From Candidatus Eremiobacteria bacterium (GTDB taxonomy: Bacteria > Vulcanimicrobiota > Vulcanimicrobiia > Eremiobacterales > Eremiobacteraceae), in contig JANWLL010000075.1 in the NCBI GenBank assembly GCA_025450855.1, positions 609 through 64,608 of the forward strand: 64,000 nt of DNA. The letters are read 5' to 3'. The translations under genes and the position numbers were made by a program. Of the stretch, positions 1 to 7,377 are shown in pieces; position 1 is the first letter of the stretch; each line of letters starts with the position of its first letter. The notes beneath the pieces are model-generated. The model was given only the letters and a program-made list of their open reading frames with translations. It was not told the DNA's origin and made no database searches.

Positions 1-486
1 CGCTCCGTCCGGCCCCGCTGCAGGGTCGTTGGACGAAGCATCGTCTTCGGGCGGATGGCTCGTGCCGTTGCTCGATATCGTGCCGTTCGGCTTGCGACGC
101 CGGCGGCGGCGACGCGATGGTGTCGACCGAGGCGTTTCGGCGATCGCGGCGCCGCCGTTTCCGGCCATCGAGCCGTTGCCGAAGGCGTGTGCGGGAAGGC
201 CGATCGCGGCGCTCGCCCTGATCTCTTCTGCCGTGCGCACTTTGAGCACCGGGATGCTCGCGAGCAGCGCGAACTGGCGCTCGAGGTTCTCGAAATGCAT
301 GTCGAGCGCACGTTCGTCGATATCGAGGTAGCGGCGGATGACGGCGAGCATCTCGCATTTCATCTCGTCGAAGATGTCTGGCGCGAGCGAGACGCGGTCG
401 GACATGAGGACCAGCCGCAGCCGCTCCTTGGCAAGGGTCTTGCTCGCCTCTTCCCGCTTGAAGAACCTCGTGATGAAATCGAGCAT
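1..486 (-). CDS. minE: Cell division topological specificity factor MinE; the C-terminal end runs off the window
   Basis: Minus-strand frame is open from ATG at 486 to position 1 with no stop, so it is absent from the ORF track. My translation is MLDFITRFFKREEASKTLAKERLRLVLMSDRVSLAPDIFDEMKCEMLAVIRRYLDIDERALDMHFENLE..., which matches the MinE N-terminal membrane-targeting helix plus anti-MinCD domain. A GAGGAAG RBS lies upstream. The start is 15 nt after the minD stop. Confidence 0.85.
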   Translation of the reverse strand, partial: MLDFITRFFKREEASKTLAKERLRLVLMSDRVSLAPDIFDEMKCEMLAVIRRYLDIDERALDMHFENLERQFALLASIPVLKVRTAEEIRASAAIGLPAHAFGNGSMAGNGGAAIAETPRSTPSRRRRRRRKPNGTISSNGTSHPPEDDASSNDPAAGPDGA

Positions 487-501
487 GAGTCTTCCTCTGC
501 C

Positions 502-1386
502 TTACGGGCGGGCGATGCCGAGCGTCGACATGAAGCGTGAGAACAGTCCCTGGCGTTCTTGGAACGCCGGGATCTCGATGGTCTCGCCGAGCAGCCGGCG
601 CGCGATGCGCCGGAACGCGGCGCCCGTCTCCGAGCCTTCGATGTCGATGACCGGTGTACCGCGGTTCGTCGCGATGATGATCTCTTTCTCATCCGGCACG
701 ACGCCGATGAGCTCGAGACGCAAGATGTTGTTGACGTCGTCGACGCTCATCATCGTGTTCTTCCTGACGAGCGCCGGCCGGACGCGGTTGACGATGAGCT
801 TCGCCGGGACGTTCGGCGGCAAGAGCCCGATGACGCGATCGGCGTCGCGGACTGCGGAGACCTCGGGCGTCGTCACGACGATCGCCTCTTGCGCGCCGGC
901 CACGGCGTTCCGGAAGCCTTGCTCGATGCCCGCCGGGCAGTCGATGAGGACGAAGTCGAACTGCGTCTGAAGCGCTCGGATGACGCTGCACATCGCCGCT
1001 TCCGGTACGTCGTCTTTTTCGCGGTTCTGCGCGGCCGGCAGCAAATAGAGCGTCCGGCGCACGCGGTCGCGGACGAGCGCCTCCTCCATGGTGCATTGCT
1101 TTTCGATGACGTCGAGCAGGTGCTTGTGGACGCGGTTCTCGAGACCGAGGACGACGTCGAGATTGCGCAGACCGACGTCTGCGTCGACGACGGCGACGCG
1201 TTTGCCCGCATCCGCGAGCGCCGTGCCCAAGTTGGCGGTCGTCGTCGTCTTGCCGACGCCGCCTTTGCCCGACGTGACGACGATCGCGCGGCCGTACGCC
1301 GTCTGGGCGACCGTCGGCGGCGCGCCGGCGACCGGCTCTTGGAGTCGCGCGAGAGCCGCGTCGCTCGGGGTCTCTATCTCTTTCAT
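502..1386 (-). CDS. minD: Septum site-determining ATPase MinD, second tandem paralog
   Basis: Deviant Walker A SGKGGVGKTTTTANLG, DADVGLRNLD, CPAGIE and a C-terminal amphipathic helix GLFSRFMSTLGI. About 33 aa precede the P-loop. The ATG overlaps the upstream minD stop (TGATG). Confidence 0.9.
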   Translation of the reverse strand: MKEIETPSDAALARLQEPVAGAPPTVAQTAYGRAIVVTSGKGGVGKTTTTANLGTALADAGKRVAVVDADVGLRNLDVVLGLENRVHKHLLDVIEKQCTMEEALVRDRVRRTLYLLPAAQNREKDDVPEAAMCSVIRALQTQFDFVLIDCPAGIEQGFRNAVAGAQEAIVVTTPEVSAVRDADRVIGLLPPNVPAKLIVNRVRPALVRKNTMMSVDDVNNILRLELIGVVPDEKEIIIATNRGTPVIDIEGSETGAAFRRIARRLLGETIEIPAFQERQGLFSRFMSTLGIARP

Positions 1387-2174
1387 CAGGTCCTGGATCC
1401 GATCAGACGGCGCAGGCGATTCCAGATGCCGTCGTCTTCGAGGTTCGGCAGCGGCGCCTGCTCGCCGAGCAGCCTGCGCGCGATCGCCGTGTACACCCGT
1501 GCGAGCCGCCGGCTCGGGTCGAGCACGACCGGCTCGCCGCGGTTCGTCGTGTCGATGATCTCTTCGTCATCGGGAACGACGCCGATGACTTCCCGGCCGA
1601 GGATCTCCGCGACGTCGTCGACGCTCAGCATGTCGCCCGTGCGGACCATCTCGAGCCGGACGCGATTGACGATGAGCCGCGCGCGACGGCCTCCGAGCAT
1701 TCCGAGGATGCGGTCGGCGTCGCGGATCGCCGAAACTTCGGGCGTCGTCACGATGACCGCTTCATCGGCACCCGCGACCGCGTTGCGAAAACCGTGTTCG
1801 ATGCCGGCGGGGCAGTCGATGAGGATGACGTCGAACTCGCGCGCGAGCGCGTGCGTCACGGCGCGCATCTGCTCTTCGTTGACCGATTCTTTATCTTTCG
1901 TCTGCGATGCGGGCAAGAGGAAGAGCCCGTCGACCCGCTTATCACGGATGAGCGCTTGACGCGCCTGGCAGCGGCCTTCGACGAGGTCGACGAGATCATA
2001 GACGATGCGCTTTTCAAGCCCGAGGACGAGGTCGAGATTGCGCAGGCCGATATCGGCGTCGATGAGGACGACTTGATGACCGAGCATCGCGAGCGCCGTG
2101 CCGACGTTCGCCGTCGTCGTCGTCTTGCCGACGCCGCCCTTGCCCGATGTGATGACGAAGGTCTTCCCGTTCAA
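1386..2174 (-). CDS. minD: Septum site-determining ATPase MinD, first tandem paralog
   Basis: MNGKTFVITSGKGGVGKTTTTANVG, DADIGLRNLD, CPAGIE and a C-terminal amphipathic helix GIWNRLRRLIG. Canonical length of 262 aa. Confidence 0.93.
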   Translation of the reverse strand: MNGKTFVITSGKGGVGKTTTTANVGTALAMLGHQVVLIDADIGLRNLDLVLGLEKRIVYDLVDLVEGRCQARQALIRDKRVDGLFLLPASQTKDKESVNEEQMRAVTHALAREFDVILIDCPAGIEHGFRNAVAGADEAVIVTTPEVSAIRDADRILGMLGGRRARLIVNRVRLEMVRTGDMLSVDDVAEILGREVIGVVPDDEEIIDTTNRGEPVVLDPSRRLARVYTAIARRLLGEQAPLPNLEDDGIWNRLRRLIGSRT

Positions 2175-2192
2175 CGCCGCCTCATGTGCCCT

Positions 2193-2981
2193 TCACGCGC
2201 GCTCGATCGCAATCTTGCCTTCCCGGATGCGCGCGACCTCCGGCGTCGCGTGCTTTTGCCGCTTCTCGTGCGGCGGCGCGATCGCGATGCAGCGCGCGAT
2301 CCGCAACTGCATCGGTTCGAGCCGAAGCGCGTAGACGGCGGCGGATTCGTCGCCGTGCGCGCCCGCATGCGCCACACCGCGCAAACTTCCCCAGACGACG
2401 ATGTCGGCGGTCGCGATGAGCTCGGCGCCGGCGTTGACGTCGCCGACGACGACGATCGTGCCGACCGCGCTTAGCGACTGTCCGGAGCGAAGCGTGCCCT
2501 TGTGATAGCGGATGCCGGCCGCATCGGCAGTCGCCGCGCCGTTGCCGTTGCGCGGCGCGTGGCCTTTGGCGCCGCCAGATTTCGCCGGCGGCCCGGTCCG
2601 GTCGTCGCGCGAGCGCGGCGCCGCGGCGACGCTCGCCGCGACGAGCCGCAGACCGGCCGATTTGGCGAGTGTCGCGACCGCGTCACTATCGCATACGGCA
2701 CCGTCGGCGACGATGCCGAACTGCTCGAGCGTCGCGATGACCGCGGCGAGCTCCGCTGCCTCGGCGGGCAGCGCACCGAGCATGAGCACGGCCCGGCTGC
2801 CTTTGTAGAAGTCCGGTGTCGATGAGAGCCGCGAACGCAATTCGGCGACCGAGTCGGCAAGAGGCCGCTCGTACAGGTGGAGCAACAGACCCGATTTGGT
2901 GCCTTTTATCTGCACGGAGACGGTCTCGAACGGCGCAGCGGTCGGGACAAAAACGCCCCGAACGAGGATGACGCGCTGCAT
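2193..2981 (-). CDS. minC: Septum site-determining protein MinC
   Basis: C-terminal beta-helix RSGQSLSAVGTIVVVGDVNAGAELIATADIVVWGSLRGVAHAG is typical of MinC, and the gene lies directly upstream of minD. Start trimmed to ATG 2981 (MQRVILV...). The longer track ORF to 3104 would read through the repeat array. Confidence 0.85.
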   Translation of the reverse strand: MQRVILVRGVFVPTAAPFETVSVQIKGTKSGLLLHLYERPLADSVAELRSRLSSTPDFYKGSRAVLMLGALPAEAAELAAVIATLEQFGIVADGAVCDSDAVATLAKSAGLRLVAASVAAAPRSRDDRTGPPAKSGGAKGHAPRNGNGAATADAAGIRYHKGTLRSGQSLSAVGTIVVVGDVNAGAELIATADIVVWGSLRGVAHAGAHGDESAAVYALRLEPMQLRIARCIAIAPPHEKRQKHATPEVARIREGKIAIERA

Positions 2982-3008
2982 CGCTTTCGTGGGTTTGTAC
3001 GTTATCCT

Positions 3009-3051
3009 TGTGGAAAGGTCTGTGAAAGATCTGTGAAAACGTTGTGGATTG
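3009..3051. promoter_or_regulatory. Four helically phased direct repeats TGTGRAA (starts 3009, 3021, 3032, 3043) in the minC / M48-peptidase divergent region
   Basis: Sequence read directly: TGTGGAAAGgtc TGTGAAAGAtc TGTGAAAACgt TGTGGATTG, with spacing 12/11/11 nt. The array lies 28-70 nt upstream of the minC ATG. The outer repeats resemble reverse DnaA boxes (TGTGGATAA). Confidence 0.5.
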
Positions 3052-3160
3052 GCGCCGCGCACAACGCGCGCGAATCGCAGGGCTTGGCCGCTTGACCGTC
3101 GCAAAACTCGTAACGGAGTCGGCTATCCGTCGACCCGGAAACCGCGGGGAAATTCAGGTC

Positions 3161-5218
3161 ATGATGATGTTGAAACGCGCTCTCGCTCTCGCGACGATGT
3201 GTTCGCTGTGCTTGTCGATCGCTCCGACGCCGGCGGCCGCCGAGTCGACGCAGCAAGAGATCTACCAAGGACAACTCGCGGCGCGCGACGTCGACGCGGA
3301 AAACGCGTACAACACCGATCCGGTCCTCAACGCGTGGGTCTCGAACATCGCGGCGAACCTCGCGCAATACCGCGCGCGCAAGGACATCAACTACCAGTTC
3401 AAGATCATCGACACGAACGACATCAACGCGTTCTCGCTGCCCGGCGGATTCACGTACGTCAATTTCGGGCTCCTCAACTACGTCAATTCGGACGACGAGC
3501 TCGCAGGCGTCCTCGGCCACGAGATCGGCCACACGGAACGCCGCAACCAGGTGACGCTCCAGGCGAAGGCCCAGGTGCTCAACCTCATCCTCGGCATCGC
3601 TTCGATCTTCAATCCGTTCGTCTATCGCTTCGGCAACCTCATCGGCGGCGCGGCGATCGAGAAGATGTCGCGCGTCGACGAGCTGGAAGCCGACCAATAC
3701 GGTCTGCTCCTCATGTCGCGCGCGGGCTACGATCCGAACGCCATGGTGTCGTTCCAATACCGGCTCGGCAAGGAGTTCGGCGACTCGACGACCGGCATCG
3801 ACAAGTATTTCGAAAGCCATCCCGGTTCTTCCGACCGCGTCGCGCATCTCATGGGCTATCCGGCGCTGTCGCAGACGAACTACGACCAGATCCTGACGCA
3901 GGCGATCCACGATGAGGACGAAGGACGCTATGCGTACGCTCTCACGAAATACGACGCTGTGCTCAAAGCGCAACCGGACAACCAGTTGGCGCTTCTCCAT
4001 AAGGGCCAGGTCGAGCTCGCGCTCGGCAGCTTCGACAAGAGCGCGACCGCGCTGACGCAGGTCGCACACGCGCCGTCGGTGACCGAGGCCGCGGCTCGGA
4101 CTGCCGCTCAGGTCATGTCGCTGCTGCCCGATCGCTCGAAGACGCCCGGCGACGTCATCCTCCATCCGAACATCACGCCGGTGCGATCGAAGCTCGCCGA
4201 CGCGATCTCACATCTCAAGTCGGACCAGGCGTCGGTCGCCGATCGCGTCAAGCTCGGCAAGGACGACATCCACCGGCTCGACCTCCGCCTGCAAAACCTG
4301 CAATACGAGATCCCGGACTTCAGCAACGTCGACATCCGTCCGGACAGCCGCATCGAAGGCGCGCTCTACGACATCTACCACATGTTCAAAGACGTCAACC
4401 TCGTCTTCGACAAGAGCAGCTATCTCATCGACCAATCGGACGGGATCATCCGCGATGACGCGGGCGTGCTCGACCAGATGAACGCGCCGCTGAAAGGCAA
4501 CTCGATCGGCGGCGATACGCTGACGCTGCTGCCGTCGTACGGCGACATCGATGCGCAGATGACGACGTCGTCGTCGGAACTCGTCGGCGGCGTGACGGCG
4601 GCGCGCGGCGCGATCGCGCTCGCGTGGCAAGCGGTGCCGGCGATGGACCAGTACTTCCGCAAGCTCGATACGATGGGCGCGACCTTCGGCGGCGACCTGT
4701 CGCCCCGCGACTCGCAGGACCTCAAGCCGCTCGCGCTCGCCGCGTTCCAACAGCTCGACGCGGCAGCGGCCGCGGCGGAGACGGCGCAGACGATGTTCTA
4801 CGCAGCGCAGGCGCGCCAGATCCAAGCGCGCATCACGCTGCTCGGGCTCGGTTATCCGCAAGGCCGGTACGACACGCTGACGCACGTCATCAGCCGGCGT
4901 CTTGGGGTCGACCCGCCGACGTACGATGAAGCGCTGCGGCTCGATATCAACCCGGGCGACGTCGCTGCCGCTTCGTGGCTCGCCGCCGAGGAGAAGATCC
5001 CGGTCAGCACGGTCATCAACGAGCAGCGGTCGACCGAAACGCCGTTCGTCGACATGGCGCTCTCGAAGCATCTCTCGATGGAGTCGATGGAAGTGATCCT
5101 CGGCCTCATGTGGGAGGGCTATGCTGAGAAGCCCAACGCGCCGGTCGCGACGACGAACGTCTCGAACCCGGAACCCGCCGCGCCGGCGACGCCCGCGCCT
5201 TCTGCCTCACCCCGATAG
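3161..5218 (+). CDS. Exported M48-family zinc metallopeptidase with TPR-like region and a large C-terminal domain
   Basis: HEIGH zinc motif (AGVLGHEIGHTERRN) with downstream ELEADQYGLLLMSRAGYDP. Signal peptide MMMLKRALALATMCSLCLSIAPTPAAA. Start trimmed to ATG 3161, with GGGGA upstream. Confidence 0.85.
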   Translation: MMMLKRALALATMCSLCLSIAPTPAAAESTQQEIYQGQLAARDVDAENAYNTDPVLNAWVSNIAANLAQYRARKDINYQFKIIDTNDINAFSLPGGFTYVNFGLLNYVNSDDELAGVLGHEIGHTERRNQVTLQAKAQVLNLILGIASIFNPFVYRFGNLIGGAAIEKMSRVDELEADQYGLLLMSRAGYDPNAMVSFQYRLGKEFGDSTTGIDKYFESHPGSSDRVAHLMGYPALSQTNYDQILTQAIHDEDEGRYAYALTKYDAVLKAQPDNQLALLHKGQVELALGSFDKSATALTQVAHAPSVTEAAARTAAQVMSLLPDRSKTPGDVILHPNITPVRSKLADAISHLKSDQASVADRVKLGKDDIHRLDLRLQNLQYEIPDFSNVDIRPDSRIEGALYDIYHMFKDVNLVFDKSSYLIDQSDGIIRDDAGVLDQMNAPLKGNSIGGDTLTLLPSYGDIDAQMTTSSSELVGGVTAARGAIALAWQAVPAMDQYFRKLDTMGATFGGDLSPRDSQDLKPLALAAFQQLDAAAAAAETAQTMFYAAQARQIQARITLLGLGYPQGRYDTLTHVISRRLGVDPPTYDEALRLDINPGDVAAASWLAAEEKIPVSTVINEQRSTETPFVDMALSKHLSMESMEVILGLMWEGYAEKPNAPVATTNVSNPEPAAPATPAPSASPR

Positions 5219-5249
5219 CGGAACGCCCGCAGCGAGAGACGCCCGAAAT

Positions 5250-5280
5250 GGCCGGCCCTCGTGGGCCGGCCGCTCCTTTT
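5250..5280 (+). terminator. Rho-independent terminator after the M48 peptidase gene
   Basis: GGCCGGCCC-tcgt-GGGCCGGCC perfect 9-bp stem followed by gctccTTTT. Confidence 0.7.
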
Positions 5281-5382
5281 GCGTCGCATCGCACGCGAAG
5301 GGCGGTGACGCGCCGAAACAATAGGTATGGGGCGCCGGTATCGGAATCCAACTGATATAAGGCGGCACTTGTAAGGACGGCA

Positions 5383-6399
5383 ATGGCGACTGACGCGCGA
5401 CCGGCTCCGAAGCCGGGAACGCCTGGGGAACAACTCGGACGCTGGATCGACCAGTTCCGCGACCGCATCAATCTGAATGCGATCGCCTCGCACGCGCGGC
5501 GGCCGGTGCGGCTCCGCGTCGCGGGTCCGCGCGCGGGCGAACTTATCGCGGTCCTCGACCCGGACGCCGCCCCGCTCAGCGAGGTCTTCGAATCAGCCGA
5601 CACCGTCACCCCGACCGGCGAGGCGACGAAGGCCTACGTGTACGTGCGGTCGGTCGACGACCCCCCGGTTCCCGATGTGCTGCCGACGGTCGGATCCGCG
5701 TTGCCCCTGTTCATCGTCGAGTATCGGCGACCCGATGCCGGAGCGCCGGATTCCGGAATCGCGACGACCGCGCCCGATCGGCGCCCTTGCGTCGACCACC
5801 CGGGCACGTATCAGTTGAGCGATCTCACCGTCCCCGAGATGCGCAAGCACTTGCTGCACGACCTCGTGCTCGCGTGCTCGGGCGTCGAGGTGGCGTTGGG
5901 TGCCGCGCTGCCCGTCTTCCGTCCGACCGTCGCGGCGCGCCTGACGCTTGATTGCGCCGTCACGTGCCTAAAAGTCGCCGGCGCATCGGCGCTTGCGGAT
6001 CACGTGCCGGTGCTCGGGCTCGTCCTCGGCGGCATCGCGTCTGCGGGTGACACGATCGCGATCACCGGTCTGCAGATCGACATGCTGTTGAAGATCTCGG
6101 CGGCATACGGCAAGCGCGCTGAATTCGCGCGCGTCGTCGAGCTGCTGCCTGTGATCGGCGGCGGTTACGGTTGGCGCGCGCTCGCGCGAGAGCTGTCCGG
6201 CTTCATCCCCGTCGCTGGTATCCCCATCAAAGCAGGCATCGCGTATGCGGGAACCCTGGTCGTCGGCCAGGCGGCGTCGTATTACTACGAGCACGGCACG
6301 ACCCTGAACGCGGCGTCGACGAAAGCGCTTTACCACGACGCGCTCGAACGCGCGAAGAAGCTCGTCTCCGATATGATCGAACGCGCCCGCAAGAAATAG
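5383..6399 (+). CDS. Hypothetical membrane-associated protein with a DUF697-like C-terminal domain
   Basis: The C-terminal half (DTIAITGLQIDMLLKISAAYGKR...FIPVAGIPIKAGIAYAGTLVVGQAASYYY) resembles the DUF697/YcjF family as I recall it. The N-terminal half has no intact P-loop. Confidence 0.55.
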   Translation: MATDARPAPKPGTPGEQLGRWIDQFRDRINLNAIASHARRPVRLRVAGPRAGELIAVLDPDAAPLSEVFESADTVTPTGEATKAYVYVRSVDDPPVPDVLPTVGSALPLFIVEYRRPDAGAPDSGIATTAPDRRPCVDHPGTYQLSDLTVPEMRKHLLHDLVLACSGVEVALGAALPVFRPTVAARLTLDCAVTCLKVAGASALADHVPVLGLVLGGIASAGDTIAITGLQIDMLLKISAAYGKRAEFARVVELLPVIGGGYGWRALARELSGFIPVAGIPIKAGIAYAGTLVVGQAASYYYEHGTTLNAASTKALYHDALERAKKLVSDMIERARKK

Positions 6400-6406
6400 A
6401 AGACTC

Positions 6407-6433
6407 GGGAGCGGTCGATTTATCTCGACCGGG
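6407..6433 (+). repeat. REP-like hairpin, family AGCGGTCGAG-loop-CTCGACCG, copy 1
   Basis: GGGAGCGGTCGAtttatcTCGACCGgg lies between the convergent stops of the DUF697-like gene and recR. It is near-identical to the reverse complement of 17179-17206. Confidence 0.7.
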
Positions 6434-7030
6434 TCACATCGTGCGGCGACCCTCGAGGGCGCGCGCGAGCGTCACCTCATCGGCATAGTCGAGATCGCCG
6501 CCGATCGGCAAGCCGTACGCGAGCCGCGTCACGTTGACGCCGAGCGGCGTCAGTAACCGCGCCAGGTAGAGCGCCGTCGACTCACCCTCGGCGTTCGGGT
6601 TGGTCGCGACGATGATCTCGGAAATGCTTTCCGGCTTGATGCGCTCGATCAGTTCTTTCACCTTGAGCTTGTCGACGCCGATGCCTTCCATCGGCGAGAT
6701 GAGGCCGCCGAGCACGTGGTAGCGCCCGCGGAAGCTCATCGTCCGCTCGATCGCATAGACGTCTTTCGCCTCGCCGACGACGCAGAGCATCGAACCGTCG
6801 CGCTGCAGGTCGCGGCAGATCGAGCAAGGGTCTTCTTCGGTCAACGAAAAGCATCGGCTGCACAGCCGGATGCGGTCTTTGAGACTGCCGATCGCGGCCG
6901 CGAGCGCATCTGCGTCTTCGCGTTTCGCGGAGAGCAAGTAGTACGCGAGCCGCGCCGCCGTCTTCGGTCCGATCGTCGGCAGCTTCTCCAGCTCTCGAAT
7001 GAGATCGGCGAGCGGCCCCGCGATGTACAC
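6434..7030 (-). CDS. recR: Recombination protein RecR
   Basis: MYIAGPLADLIRELEKLPTIGPKTAARLAYYLL, the zinc finger CSRCFSLTEEDPCSIC and a Toprim region. Conserved dnaX-ybaB-recR order. Confidence 0.95.
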   Translation of the reverse strand: MYIAGPLADLIRELEKLPTIGPKTAARLAYYLLSAKREDADALAAAIGSLKDRIRLCSRCFSLTEEDPCSICRDLQRDGSMLCVVGEAKDVYAIERTMSFRGRYHVLGGLISPMEGIGVDKLKVKELIERIKPESISEIIVATNPNAEGESTALYLARLLTPLGVNVTRLAYGLPIGGDLDYADEVTLARALEGRRTM

Positions 7031-7049
7031 GACGCTCGAGTCCGAGATC

Positions 7050-7358
7050 CTAGAGACCAGGGATGCCGAGGCCGCCGGTGAGCGGCCCCATCCGCGCTTG
7101 CGAGAGCGCGCGCGCTTTCGCTTGCGCGTCTTTGATCGCGACGAGCACGAGATCTTCGAGCGTCTCCACGTCGTCGGGATCGACGGCGGCCTTGTCGATC
7201 TTCACCTTCGTGACGTCGCCGTGTCCGTTGAGCGTCACTTCGACCGCGCCGGAACTCGCGCTGCCCGTCACCGTCTCGACGCCGAGTTCTTCTTGGATCT
7301 TCGCGAGCTGCGCTTGCAGCTTGCGAGCCTGCTGCAGCATCTGATTGGGATTCATCAT
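7050..7358 (-). CDS. ybaB: Nucleoid-associated protein YbaB/EbfC
   Basis: 102 aa, MMNPNQMLQQARKLQAQLAKIQEEL...VTLNGHGDVTKVKID. Typical family size and position. Confidence 0.9.
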   Translation of the reverse strand: MMNPNQMLQQARKLQAQLAKIQEELGVETVTGSASSGAVEVTLNGHGDVTKVKIDKAAVDPDDVETLEDLVLVAIKDAQAKARALSQARMGPLTGGLGIPGL

Positions 7359-7377
7359 CGGCCTTTCGTCAGGCGGT

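Noticed and set aside
559-1959. 466-aa plus-strand ORF, with similar long ORFs at 3002-4165(-), 4208-5071(-), 9194-10279(-), 17321-18619(+), 38385-40406(+), 42199-44121(+), 47764-49671(+) and 60767-61795(-)
   Set aside because: All lie antisense to or overlap genes with unmistakable conserved products (minD, M48 peptidase, recQ, SLH porin, tamB, gyrB, dnaA). Their translations are Arg/Ala/Asp-rich low-complexity strings typical of stop-poor shadow frames in high-GC DNA.
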